In this document: piece by piece, positions 23,425-33,394 of the stretch
Numbering within the stretch: position 1 is the stretch's first letter
Layout: each line of letters opens with the position of its first letter
Assembly: GCA_963705425.1 (NCBI GenBank)
Contig: CAVPJO010000006.1
Coordinates: 60,599 to 124,598, forward strand
Source of the DNA: an uncultured Chloroflexia bacterium
GTDB lineage: Bacteria; Chloroflexota; Limnocylindria; Limnocylindrales; CSP1-4
DNA length: 64,000 bases
Direction of reading: 5' to 3'
The notes under the pieces: generated by a model
What the model was told of the DNA's origin: nothing
Databases searched by the model: none
What the model saw: the letters and a program-made list of their open reading frames with translations, nothing else
Position numbers and translations under genes: made by a program

Positions 23425-23967
23425 CTACGACGGCTGGATCGGTGACTGCTGCTGCGGTCGCTGGATGACCTTGATCGCGTGACGGCGACCTGGATGGCCG
23501 TCGATGGCCGCGCGCAGGGTGACCTGGCCCTCACCGGGAATAGCGATGGGGATGTTGAAGGCCAGGGGCACGAGCATGTCCATGCCGGACATGCCGGGCG
23601 GCCGACCCGTGGCCAGCTTGGCCTCGAAACCGATCATGCGGGTGTCGTCATGCAGCAGCTCGATGGCCACCGTGTGGTTGTCGTCGGTATACGCGAAGGG
23701 GATGCGCACGCCGAGGGCGATACCCAGCATCATGCGATGCGGGAACTGCTGTGGCTGGATGCGGTCCCAGCTGCCGCCCATCAGATAGAGCTTGCCGTTG
23801 ACGACCTCGGCCCGGTCGGCTGCCAGCAGGTAGTCGACCTCGGGCACGCGGGTCAGCGTGGCCTCAGCGGCGGCCAGGGCACCCTCGAGCTGGTCCGTCG
23901 AGGCGACCCCGTCGGGAGCGTCGTCGCTCTCAGGCGTATCGGTATCGTCGTTGGCGGGGTCGGTCAC
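23425..23967 (-). CDS. Hypothetical protein (acidic N-terminus), translationally coupled to the upstream DUF4389 gene
   Basis: 180-aa ORF with an ATGA overlap at 23964-23967. No recognised motif. Confidence 0.4.
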   Translation of the reverse strand: MTDPANDDTDTPESDDAPDGVASTDQLEGALAAAEATLTRVPEVDYLLAADRAEVVNGKLYLMGGSWDRIQPQQFPHRMMLGIALGVRIPFAYTDDNHTVAIELLHDDTRMIGFEAKLATGRPPGMSGMDMLVPLAFNIPIAIPGEGQVTLRAAIDGHPGRRHAIKVIQRPQQQSPIQPS

Positions 23968-25031
23968 AGTCGCGGGTCATCCTCTCCGAGTGAGAAGGGC
24001 GGGTAGCGGTCGACCATCAGCATCAGATAGGCCATCACGCGGAAGCCCCATCGTATGAACCCGCCGACGAGGGTGTACATCAGGTCGGCCTGGCGGCCCA
24101 GGAACAGCACCGGTGCCCACATGAACAGGTACAGGATGCCGACCAGGATGCTCAGGAACATCAGCACGATGAAGTGCGGGATGAGCAGGATGCCGCGCAC
24201 CAGGATGCCCAGCACGGGGATGCCCCAGAGCCGGTTGATGCGCACGCCTTCGTCGAAGCGCACGCTCACCGGATGGTCTTCGCCCGAGAGCGAGAAGGGC
24301 GGGTAGGTCGGGGTGAGCAGCTCGTAGTAGGCCTGCACGCGCGTGCTCCAGCCCATCAGACCGCCGATCCAGCGGTAGCCCCAGCCCGGGAAGCGACCCA
24401 GCATCAATACCGGGATCCAGGTCACGAGGAGCATCAACACGGAGACGATGGCCAGCAGGAACAGGACGAGGAAGTGCGGGAGGAGCAAGACCCAACGCAC
24501 CATCTGGCCGATGATGGGGATACCCCAGAGGCGGTTGATCCTGGCCTCGCGGTCATACGAGACGTTGACCGGATAGGCGTCGGGCGCCAGCGGATAGGCG
24601 GGCGGCGGCTGCCACATCGGCTCCGGCTGCTGAGGCGGGTAGCCGGGCTGCTGAGGCGGGTAGCCGGGTGGCGGCGGGTAGCCGGGCTGCTGAGGCGGGT
24701 AGCCGGGTGGCGGCGGGTAGCCGGGCTGCTGAGGCGGGTAGCCGGGCGGCGGCGGGTAGCCGGGCTGCTGAGGCGGGTAGCCGGGCGGCGGCGCGTAGTC
24801 GGGCGGCGGCGCGTAGTCGGGCGCGGCTGCCCCGTCGGGCGGAGGCTGGTAGGCCGGTGGAAACGCCTGCTCCTGAGGCGGCTGATAGGCAGGCACCGCA
24901 TCAGCCGGCGGCGGCGCAGGGTCGAACGGCGGCTGATAGCCGGGCGGAGGCGCCTGCCCCTGCGGCGGCTGTTGGGCATCGGTCGCGCGCTGATCCTGCG
25001 GCGACGCTGGATCCTGGGAATCCCACGTCAT
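23964..25031 (-). CDS. Pro/Gln/Tyr-rich repeat protein with two C-terminal DUF4389-like membrane domains
   Basis: N-terminal PPPGYPPQQPGY repeats. Duplicated motif (V/I)RINRLWGIP(I/V)(I/L)G...LL(L/I)PHF(L/I)VL, each followed by hydrophobic helices. Confidence 0.6.
   Translation of the reverse strand: MTWDSQDPASPQDQRATDAQQPPQGQAPPPGYQPPFDPAPPPADAVPAYQPPQEQAFPPAYQPPPDGAAAPDYAPPPDYAPPPGYPPQQPGYPPPPGYPPQQPGYPPPPGYPPQQPGYPPPPGYPPQQPGYPPQQPEPMWQPPPAYPLAPDAYPVNVSYDREARINRLWGIPIIGQMVRWVLLLPHFLVLFLLAIVSVLMLLVTWIPVLMLGRFPGWGYRWIGGLMGWSTRVQAYYELLTPTYPPFSLSGEDHPVSVRFDEGVRINRLWGIPVLGILVRGILLIPHFIVLMFLSILVGILYLFMWAPVLFLGRQADLMYTLVGGFIRWGFRVMAYLMLMVDRYPPFSLGEDDPRL
24627..24820. repeat. Near-perfect tandem repeat of a 39-bp unit (21-mer + 18-mer) inside the coding sequence
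   Basis: gctgctgaggcgggtagccgg / gtggcggcgggtagccgg repeated about 5 times. Encodes PGYPPPPGYPPQQ units on the minus strand. Confidence 0.85.
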
Positions 25032-25165
25032 GTCATAACCTCATCGATGGATGACAGGCAGGCCACAGCCTACACGGTCCCCTGCCTTCGCAGCAGCCGC
25101 GCCGACAGACAGCGTCGAGCCCGACCCTCACAAGCAGCCGAACTCCAGGCCGAACCACGGTCTGA

Positions 25166-26435
25166 CTATAGGCCGAAGCGCTCGATGGCCTCGACCGCGA
25201 GGACACGGCCGATGGCCAGCGCCGAGGTGGCCGCCGGCGAGGGCGCATTGAAGACATGCAGGACACGGTCCGAGCCTCCCAGCAGGAAGTCGTCGACCAG
25301 CGAGCCGTCCCGCTGCAGGGCCTGGGCACGAACGCCCGAGGGACCGAAGACGAGATGCTCCGAGCTCAGGGCAGGCACGTACCGGCGCAGGTCGGCAAGG
25401 AACGCGCGCTTGGACCAGTCGCGCCACATCTCCCCCGCGCCGGCCCGCCAGAACCGGCGTGCCAGCCTGAGGAAGCCCAGGGTATGCGACCGTCTCAACG
25501 AGGTCGTGCACGGAGACGTCGCGCCGCCGGTAGCCCTCGCGTGCGGTGGCCAGCACGGCGTTGGGACCGGCCAGCACGCTGCCGTCGAGACGCTTGGTGA
25601 GGTGCGCGCCGAGAAACGGGAGCCGCGGGTCCGGCACCGGGTAGATGAGGCCGCGGACGAGGTGCGCCGCCTCGGGCCGGAGCGTGTAGTAGTCACCCCG
25701 AAAGGGCACGATACGCGGTCCATCGAGGTCTTCGGGGTCGGTCATGGCCGCGACGCGATCGGCTTGCAGACCGGCACAGGCGATGACCCGCCGGGCCAGC
25801 AGCGCACCACGCGAGGTACCGATGACCATCTCGTCACCGCGCCGACTGATGGACTCGACCTCGCGACGCGTCTCGATGACCCCGCCGCGAGCCACCACGT
25901 CGTGGGCGAAGGCACGAGCCACGGCGGCGAAGTCGACGATGCCGGTGCCGGGGCTCCACAGTGCCTTGATACCTACCGCGTGCGGCTCCAGCTCACGGAT
26001 GCGCTCGGGGCCGACCTCCTCAAGGCCGGGCACCTCGTTGGCCAGGGCTCGCCGCTTGAGAGCCTCGAAACGGCCCGTCTCGGAGTCGTCGAGGGCCAAC
26101 ACCAACTTGCCGGTCCGCTCGACGGTCAGACCGTGAGCCTCGCAGTAGACCTCCAGGTCGGCCTTGCCCTCGCGGCAGAGCTGCGCCTTGAGGGAGCCCG
26201 GCTGGTAGTACAGCCCGGCGTGGAGCACACCGCTGTTGTGGCCGGTCTGCCCGGATGCGACGGTGGCTTCCTTCTCGAGCAGGAAGACGCGCAGGTCGGG
26301 CTTGCGCTCGAGCAGGCGCAGCGCCGTGGCCAGGCCGATGATGCCCGCACCGATGATGGCCACATCGCTGCGGTCGGACACGGTGGACCGTGGTGCGGCC
26401 GCCCCGGGCTCCCGCTCCCCGCTCATGGCCTGCAC
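25166..26435 (-). CDS. FAD-dependent L-2-hydroxyglutarate oxidase/dehydrogenase (LhgO-like), one frameshift near 25500
   Basis: DVAIIGAGIIGLATA dinucleotide-binding motif. The C-terminal third continues in another frame (...GFLRLARRFWRAGAGEMWRD...VFNAPSPAATSALAIG). Confidence 0.65.
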
Positions 26436-26511
26436 CTGGTCGTCGGCCGCGCCCCTGTCGAGGGCGAACCCTGCACCGTGAGTGTTCCCTGGTGGGCTGA
26501 TGCCCGATCCG

Positions 26512-27307
26512 TCAGCGGCTGCTGCCGAAGATGCGCAGCATGAACAGGAACAGGTTGATGAAGTCGAGGTACAGCATCAACGCACCCATGCACCGTGGCC
26601 GAATCCTTGTTGATGTTGGGCATGGCGCCGTTCTTGAGGCGCTGCACGTCCCAGGCGGTGAGACCGGTGAAGATGGCCACGCCAGCGATGCCGATGAGCA
26701 GGTTCATCATGCTGTTGCCGGGGAAGAAGAAGAGCTGCACGACCATGACCACGATGAGCCCGATGAGCCCCATGAAGAGGATGCCGCGAAGGCTGGTCAG
26801 GTCGCGCTTGGTGACCGCGCCGTAGAGCGCCGCACCGCCGAAGATGGCCGCCGCGCCGGCAAAGGCCGAGACGACTCCGGCCATGCCGCTCTGCGAGATG
26901 TTGCCCGGGGCCGTGGCATCGTACGTGAACGAGTAGACGATGACGCCGAGCACCAGGCCCATCGTCAGTGCGTAGACGAAGAAGAGGCCAAGGGCTACCG
27001 CAGGGGGGATGCGCGCGATGAGGAACATGATGCCGAAGACGAGGCCGAGCTGGCCGATGAGCAGGAGCATCCAGTAGTCGGAGACGGTCTGCAGCAGGGT
27101 CGGACTGGACATCACGAAGGCGGCTGAGATGGCCGAGAGCAGGACGCCCACGAACATCCACACGAAGCTGCCGGTCAGGAAGCCTTCGCGCGGCGCGCTG
27201 GAGACGATGGGCCCGGCGAGCGTCTTGGAGGTCCCGCTCTGGCTGGAGACCCCACCGCTGGCGGGGGCCTGCGCGCGATCAAGGGGGTCGCTATCGCGTG
27301 ATTGCAC
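26512..27307 (-). CDS. Bax inhibitor-1/YccA family membrane protein, C-terminal frameshift near 26595
   Basis: Seven hydrophobic segments. The C-terminus GAMPNINKDSA then shifts to MGALMLYLDFINLFLFMLRIFGSSR*. Confidence 0.6.
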
Positions 27308-27383
27308 GACGTTCGATTCCTTTCGAAGGTGCCCATCGCATGGGCGCTTGAGTTACCAAGTCTAGCGAGGAACTGTGCGTCGC

Positions 27384-28016
27384 CTATCCGCGCGAGCGGG
27401 GCGCGGTACGGCCGGCGGCCTGTTCGGCGAGGCGAGCCAGCACCCACAGCAGGTCGGCGAGGCGGTTGAGGTAGGGCATCAGCCAGGCGCCGGGCACGAG
27501 ACGCTCATGATCGAGGGCGATGACCCGGCGCTCGGCTCGACGCACCACGGTGCGGCTCTGCTCGAGCGCGGCTGAGAGACGGTCGGTACCGGGCACGACG
27601 AACTCGCGCGGCATCTCCACGCGTGCCTCGGCGTCCCTGAGCGTGGCCTCGAGGGTCGTGAGCATGGCCTCATCGACGCGTGTCTCACCGTCGCGCAGCC
27701 GATCCCAGGCGTCCGGGTTGGTGGCCAGCTCGGCACCGGCCACGAAGAGGTCACGCTGCAACCGCAGCAGCAGCTGGCCAAGGTCGGCCAGGCCGGAGGG
27801 CAGCGCGGCGGCGCGGGAAAGCGCCGAGACCTCGGCGCGAGCAAGGCCCAGGCAGGACACGGCTTCATCGATGGTCCCGTAGGCCTCAGCGCGAGCGTCG
27901 TCCTTGGCGATGCGGCCGCCGTAGAGCAGGCCGGTGGTGCCGTCATCGCCCTTGCCGGTGGCCACGGCGCTGTCGGCGATGGCCGGGCGTCGACCACCTT
28001 CGTGGGGGGCGTTCAT
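27384..28016 (-). CDS. PduO-type ATP:cob(I)alamin adenosyltransferase
   Basis: TGKGDDGTTGLLYGGRI and TIDEA motifs. Confidence 0.8.
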   Translation of the reverse strand: MNAPHEGGRRPAIADSAVATGKGDDGTTGLLYGGRIAKDDARAEAYGTIDEAVSCLGLARAEVSALSRAAALPSGLADLGQLLLRLQRDLFVAGAELATNPDAWDRLRDGETRVDEAMLTTLEATLRDAEARVEMPREFVVPGTDRLSAALEQSRTVVRRAERRVIALDHERLVPGAWLMPYLNRLADLLWVLARLAEQAAGRTAPRSRG

Positions 28017-28056
28017 GAGGGTCTGCGGCTGGTGCTTGCCGTGCGGCCGGGCGTCG

Positions 28057-28416
28057 CTACCAGGTCAGCCCCGCGTCACGCGGGTCCCAGCGCTCGGCCA
28101 GGAGGGTGACCTTGACCTCGTGGCCCACGGCCTCCTCGGCCGCTTCCTTGACCTGCTGGATCATGGAGCCGGCATAGGGGCAGAACGGGGTCGTCAGGAT
28201 CATCTTGATCTCGGTCTCGTCTTCGCCGAGGATGACCTGCTTGATGAGTGCCAGCTCGACCACGTTCATGCCGATCTCGGGATCGACCACTGAACGCAGC
28301 GCGTCGAGCACGGCCAGCTCGCGGGAGCGCCGCACGGGATCGATGACGGGCACATCGTCGTCGGAGGAAGCGATGGTGGGGCCGATGAAATCGTGGGTGA
28401 TGGTCGGTTCAGACAT
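28057..28416 (-). CDS. DUF59 (SufT/MIP18-like) metal-sulfur cluster assembly factor
   Basis: LRSVVDPEIGMNVVELALIK...TTPFCPYAG conserved core. Confidence 0.75.
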   Translation of the reverse strand: MSEPTITHDFIGPTIASSDDDVPVIDPVRRSRELAVLDALRSVVDPEIGMNVVELALIKQVILGEDETEIKMILTTPFCPYAGSMIQQVKEAAEEAVGHEVKVTLLAERWDPRDAGLTW

Positions 28417-28482
28417 GGTCCGGTCATCCTACACCGGGCTTCGCCCAAGACCGATGACAGAGACTGGGCCGAGGGATCGCGC

Positions 28483-29636
28483 TCAGGCTATGGTCTCACC
28501 GAGGGAGACGCCCATGTCCCGGGCGGTCTGGACCCAGGAGTGGTCGAGCGGCACGGTCTTGCGTTTGCCCACGACCCGGCCGAGCGGCACCGGCCTGGCC
28601 TCCTCGCCCTTGGCTGCGATCATCACGCCGAACTCCCCGTCGGCGATGGTGCGTGCACAGGCTGCACCAAGACGGGTGGCCAGCAGCCGGTCCGCGGCTG
28701 ACGGTGTCCCACCGCGCTGTACGTGCCCGAGGATGGTCACGCGTGACTCCAGGTTGGTCAGGCGTTCCAGCTCCTCTGAAAGGACCAGCGTGGTGTTGTG
28801 GAGATGGGACGAGATCTCAGCGATGCGAGCCCGCGACGCCTTCATCCTGCGGTCACGGTCGGGGCCCGATCGCTTGAGCTTCCTGGCCTCCGCGAGGGCA
28901 TCCTCGGCAGCGCGCAGTGCGGTCGCGCGGTCGCTCGGCAGCGCGCCTTCGGACACGGCCACGATGCTGAACGAGCTGCCGGTCCGGTGCGCTGCCGGAT
29001 CGCCTCGGCGACGGCTTCGATGTCGTAGGGGATCTCGGGGATGAGGATGACGTCCGCACCACCGGCCATGCCGGCCCCCAGCGCCAGCCAGCCCGCGTTG
29101 TGGCCCATCACCTCGACGACGATGATGCGGTGGTGGCTGTGGGCGGTGCTGTGCAGCCGGTCGATGGCCTCGGTGGCGATGCCCAGCGCGGTGTCGAATC
29201 CGAAGGTGATGTCGGTCATGGCCACGTCGTTGTCGATGGTCTTGGGCAGGGTGACGACGTTGAGGCCCTTCTTGAGCAGCCGATAGGCGTTCTTCTGGGT
29301 GCCGCCGCCACCCAGGCAGACGAGGGCGTCGAGCTGATGGTTGTGATAGTTCTCGACGATGACATCGGTCATGTCCAGCGTCTGCTGTCCCACCGTCATG
29401 CGGTGCGGCTTGTCGCGGCTGGTGCCCAGGATGGTGCCGCCGACGGTGAGGATGCCCGAGAGCTGCGACCGGTCCAGGGGAACGGTGCGGTTCTCCATCA
29501 GGCCACGGAAGCCATCCCGGAAGCCGATGACCTGCATGTCGTAGGCGCCGATGGCCGTCTTGCCCACGCCACGGATGGCGGCGTTGAGGCCGGGGCTGTC
29601 ACCACCCGCTGTCAGGATGCCGATCGTCTTGGTCAT
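28483..29636 (-). CDS. pfkA: ATP-dependent 6-phosphofructokinase, one frameshift near 28970
   Basis: [34 protein letters not shown] and [10 protein letters not shown]. The C-terminal part (SIVAVSEGA...GHVQRGG) lies in another frame. Confidence 0.8.
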
Positions 29637-29691
29637 GGAACTCCGCCTCGCTCGATGGTGGGCACGGGCGCAGCCGGCGCCGCTCGAGAGG

Positions 29692-30018
29692 TCAGGCCGT
29701 GGTGGCCCCGCTCACGACGACACCGCTGGCGCGCAGATGCTCGGGGAAGGCCTCGGCCTCGCTGGCCTCGAAGCCGGGCCCACGGATGGAACCGTCCGCC
29801 TCGAAGAAGGCCGCGTATCGATGACGGTGCTCGCTCGCGTATCGGAAGGCCTCGGCGACCCCCACGGGCTTCAGCTCGGGATGCTGGCTGAGCATCTCGG
29901 CCGGTGAGAGTCCGTTGCTGCGCATCTCGAGCAGGTTGCGCACGGTCAGGCGCGTGCCGTAGCAGAAGGGCTCGCCGTTCATCACCAACGGGTCCGTCTT
30001 GACCCACTTGATGGTCAT
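29692..30018 (-). CDS. DUF433 domain protein
   Basis: [40 protein letters not shown] matches the DUF433 core. Confidence 0.65.
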   Translation of the reverse strand: MTIKWVKTDPLVMNGEPFCYGTRLTVRNLLEMRSNGLSPAEMLSQHPELKPVGVAEAFRYASEHRHRYAAFFEADGSIRGPGFEASEAEAFPEHLRASGVVVSGATTA

Positions 30019-30518
30019 CAGACGACCGTGTCGTCGCCGAAGCCGGCGCCCTTCCAGACGAAGCGCACGGCTGCATTGCCCCGGTGATCGCCGGGCAGGC
30101 GACGGTGGTGGCGCATGCGCTCGACCCAGGCGTTGACGGGCTCGCGGACGAGGTCCGCCTGGGCCGAGGGTCCGATGGCCACGGCAGCCTCCCCGAGGCC
30201 ACGGATGAGCGTGACGACATCGTTCATGCGCACGTGACGGCGCCGGTAGATGGGCACCAGCGTCTCGCCGTAGACGACCACGTATCGATCCTCGCCGGTC
30301 TCGATGGCTCGCGCCAGCTGTTCGATATGGCGGTCGTAGTCGCGCAGGAAGCGGCGCTGCATGACCTCGTCGTAGCGCTCGCCCAGCGACGGGTCGATGC
30401 GCAAGGCGGACTCCAGCGACATGGCCGGGAGACGGCCGGCCGAGCGCAGTCGTGCGGCCGCGGCGGGATGGCCGGCGGTGGCGTCAGAGGGCGGAAGCCC
30501 TGTTGCGGGATGAGGCAT
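30018..30518 (-). CDS. Hypothetical protein coupled to the DUF433 gene (start may be at 30422)
   Basis: ORF whose stop overlaps the DUF433 start (ATGA at 30018). No recognised motif. Confidence 0.4.
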   Translation of the reverse strand: MPHPATGLPPSDATAGHPAAAARLRSAGRLPAMSLESALRIDPSLGERYDEVMQRRFLRDYDRHIEQLARAIETGEDRYVVVYGETLVPIYRRRHVRMNDVVTLIRGLGEAAVAIGPSAQADLVREPVNAWVERMRHHRRLPGDHRGNAAVRFVWKGAGFGDDTVV

Positions 30519-30669
30519 GAGCGTCCATCAGTCTAGCGACCTCGGCCGGCGTCGCACGGCTAGAGTTGACGCCATGGCCCAACCCGGCGAGCGACGACCT
30601 AGCAACGTGCCTGCGCCCCCTCCCCTCCGCAGCCGCGGCTGGGATCGGCTGCGACCGCGCTCCACGGCC

Positions 30670-31065
30670 ATGGCCGTCGCGGAAGCACTGCTGGTGGCCT
30701 CCCTGGCCGCGGTCATCTGGGCCCTGCTCAAGGGATTGCTCGAGTTCCCCGGCGTGCTGGCCGTGGCGGTCGTCGGTGGCTGGGCCATCGGTGTGCTGCT
30801 GTGGCAAGTCCGAGCCTCGCCGCTGCTGGCCGCACTCATCGCGGGGGCGGCCTGGCTGGTCGGCCTGATCCTGACCTGGCTGGTGGCCATGGCCATGCTG
30901 CCGAGCTCATCGCGCACCTTCCTCGAGCGGGTCGAGGGCACGCCCTTCCTCGACTGGCTGGCACCCCAGGCTGGCCTCCTTGAGATCGTGGGCCTGGGGC
31001 TCTACATACTGGCCGCCCTGTATGGTGCTCGCCCCAGATCGGGGACGGCAGCGCCCGGCCGCTAG
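30670..31065 (+). CDS. Hypothetical membrane protein
   Basis: Four hydrophobic helices (MAVAEALLVASLAAVIWALL...). Confidence 0.3.
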   Translation: MAVAEALLVASLAAVIWALLKGLLEFPGVLAVAVVGGWAIGVLLWQVRASPLLAALIAGAAWLVGLILTWLVAMAMLPSSSRTFLERVEGTPFLDWLAPQAGLLEIVGLGLYILAALYGARPRSGTAAPGR

Positions 31066-31410
31066 GCGTTCGACTCGCCCAGGAAGGGCATGCCGTCCTG
31101 CTCGACGGCCTTGAGGCTCATGCGCAGGGCCGCGGTCTTGGCGGTGGCGACATCGCGCACGTAGCCGGCTTCCTCGTCGGCGGTCATGGCTCGTCCGCGC
31201 ACGGCATCCGCCGGCCGGCCCACCATCAGCCACGAGAGGTGGTAGCGATCCATCGAGCCCCAGGCGTTGCGCAGCAGCTCGTCGGACCCCGCGATCCAGG
31301 TACGCAGCGCGGCCATCGAGGGGTGTGCGGCGAGACGCTCGCCCTCGCTGATGAGCGCGCGGGCGGTGGCCATGTACTCGTCTCGGGTCACGCGCCCTAT
31401 CATCGGTCCA
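31062..31410 (-). CDS. Hypothetical protein
   Basis: 114-aa ORF (MIGRVTRDEYMATARALISEGERL...). No recognised motif. Confidence 0.3.
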
Positions 31411-31411
31411 G

Positions 31412-32499
31412 ATGACACTCGCTGCCGGACCCGACGCCACCCACGTGCTCGACATCGACCTCGGTCCGGCCCGTGAGGTCGCGACCGCCTACGTTGCGGG
31501 CGGCACCGTCCCCTGCGCTGCGTTCGGGGTCGTCGATGCCGCCGGACGCTGCAGCTTGGGGCTTCGTCGACGGTGCCGGAGGGCCAGTCGGACCCAAGAC
31601 CGTCTTCTTCCTGGCCTCCATCACCAAGGGCATCGTGGCCACGGCGATGATGCGCTACGTCGACGAGGACCGGCTCGACCTGCACGCGCCGCTGCTGCGC
31701 TACCTGCCCGAGCTCGAGGGCAGCGCTGCCGCCGAGGTCAGCGCCTGGCACGTGCTCACACACACCTCCGGGCTGCCGGACATGCCCATCGATTCATTGC
31801 GCCATGACCGACCTACCTACCAGCGCACGCTTCGAGTTCATCCGGGAGGCTGCCCCGGTGGCCGCGCCTGGTGCCGAGTATGCCTACGCCTCAGCCTCGT
31901 TCATCCTGCTGGCCGAGACCATGGCGCGCCTCAGCGAGACCACCTTCGCCGAGGCGCTCTCGACGCGCCTGACCGGTCCCCTGGGCATGAGCGAGACGAC
32001 CTTCGACGCACGGCCGATGCGCGCACGGGTGATGCCCGTGCATGGCTTCGGCGTCGACAACCGGCTGGTCGCAGGAGGTCCTGCTGCGCTTCCTGGCCAC
32101 GGCGCAGCTGCCGGGCGGCGGTCTGTTCGGCACGCTCCCCGACCTGCTGGCCTGGGCCGCGCGCTACTGCCGTCCGACCCCCTTGCGCGCGGGACCACGT
32201 GTGCTCTCACAGGCGGCCATCGACGAGATGACACGCAACCACATCGCCGGCCTGACGGCAGGTGTCCGAGGACGGCGTCGAACGCGAGGCTCATCAGGCC
32301 TTGGGCTGGCGCAAGCCACAGCCTGGATGGCCGGGGTCCGAGCGCGTCGTTCACGCACGGCGGCATCACCGGCGGGCGGCTCTGGGTCGATCCCGATGCG
32401 GGCTTCGCCGTCGTCTTCTTGACCAACCTCTGGCATGCACCCATCGAGGTGTCGATCGCCGTCATCGACGCGGTCTACCGCGCACGAGACGGAGGCTGA
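31412..32499 (+). pseudogene. Serine hydrolase of the beta-lactamase/transpeptidase fold (class C/esterase-like), at least 4 frameshifts
   Basis: SITKGIVATAMM (SxxK) appears in one frame. Further family-like blocks (YAYASASFILLAETMARL, LTGPLGMSETTF, ...SFTHGGITGGRLWVDPDAGFAVVFLTN) appear in other frames. Confidence 0.55.
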
Positions 32500-32508
32500 T
32501 CGGCCGCC

Positions 32509-32928
32509 TCAGGCCGCGCCACCCTCCTCGATGGCGAACGCCGCCAGCCGTGCCTCACAGGCAGCCGCGCGTCGCTCAGCCTGGCGCACGACCCAGGGGT
32601 CGACGCGACTGCTGTCCTCGATGACCAGCTCGGGGCCGGCGGTGCCTTCGCGCAGCACGATGCCGTCGCTGTTGCGGTAGTCGGACAGCCAGTTGGCCTG
32701 GAGCTGCACGATGGTGGCGACGACGACCTTGCGCGAGAAGGACCAGTCGAGGTGGTCGGCGTTGAGCTGGTCGACGATGTCGCGTACCCGCAGCGACGAG
32801 CCGCGCGGCAGCCGCGCCAGCAGGTGCACCACGCGCAGCTCGGCGAAGGGGTCGCCGCTCTCGGCCACGGTCGGTGGCTGGACGATCGGGTCGGGCAGGC
32901 CGGGCGTGTCGCGCAGCTGCATGGTCAT
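32509..32928 (-). CDS. Hypothetical protein
   Basis: About 139-aa ORF (MTMQLRDTPG...), 20 nt downstream of the preceding small ORF. Confidence 0.3.
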   Translation of the reverse strand: MTMQLRDTPGLPDPIVQPPTVAESGDPFAELRVVHLLARLPRGSSLRVRDIVDQLNADHLDWSFSRKVVVATIVQLQANWLSDYRNSDGIVLREGTAGPELVIEDSSRVDPWVVRQAERRAAACEARLAAFAIEEGGAA

Positions 32929-32947
32929 CGGCTGGGCCAGGGCCGCT

Positions 32948-33256
32948 TCAGGTCTCGCCGGCTCCGATGCCGACCTCGAGGCGATCCTCTCCGGTCTTCG
33001 CCGGTCCACGACGCACGGCGAGGTAGCTGCCCTGGGGTGCCCCAGCGAGGAGCGGCAGGACCGTGGCCACGATGGCGTCAGCATCGGCACCGACTAGGCG
33101 CATGGCCATGAAGCCCTTCTCCAGCGAGTTGGTGTCGTGCTCGCCGGCACCGGTCTCGTCGAGCGCCCGCATCAGCTCGTTCTCGAGGGCAAAGACCTTC
33201 AGTTGCTCACGCGTGGTCTCGAAGTCGGGGTCGTAGAGCCGCATCCACAGCGTCAC
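32948..33256 (-). CDS. Hypothetical protein
   Basis: 102-aa ORF (MTLWMRLYDPDFETTREQLKVFALENEL...). Confidence 0.3.
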   Translation of the reverse strand: MTLWMRLYDPDFETTREQLKVFALENELMRALDETGAGEHDTNSLEKGFMAMRLVGADADAIVATVLPLLAGAPQGSYLAVRRGPAKTGEDRLEVGIGAGET

Positions 33257-33394
33257 CCGGTGCTTGTCGGCATGGGCCTCGAAGGTGGCTTCGGCCGACT
33301 GGCGCCACTCTGCGTCATCGCGGCCCGCCGGCCGGCCGGAGCCGCCGGCTCGCTCGGAGTCACCTCCCAGGAGCCGCCTCAGGAAACCCAGCGG

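Noticed and set aside
24627-24820. Possible CRISPR array
   Set aside because: The repeats are contiguous 39-bp coding units inside an ORF, with no spacers and no cas genes in the window.
24174-26543. 789-aa plus-strand ORF, and similar long antisense ORFs (for example 3944-5410 minus, 9154-9996 minus, 10326-11480 minus, 19250-20515 plus)
   Set aside because: Antisense or shadow ORFs are expected at about 70 percent GC. They show Arg/Gly/Pro/His-rich low-complexity translations and lie opposite clearly recognisable genes.
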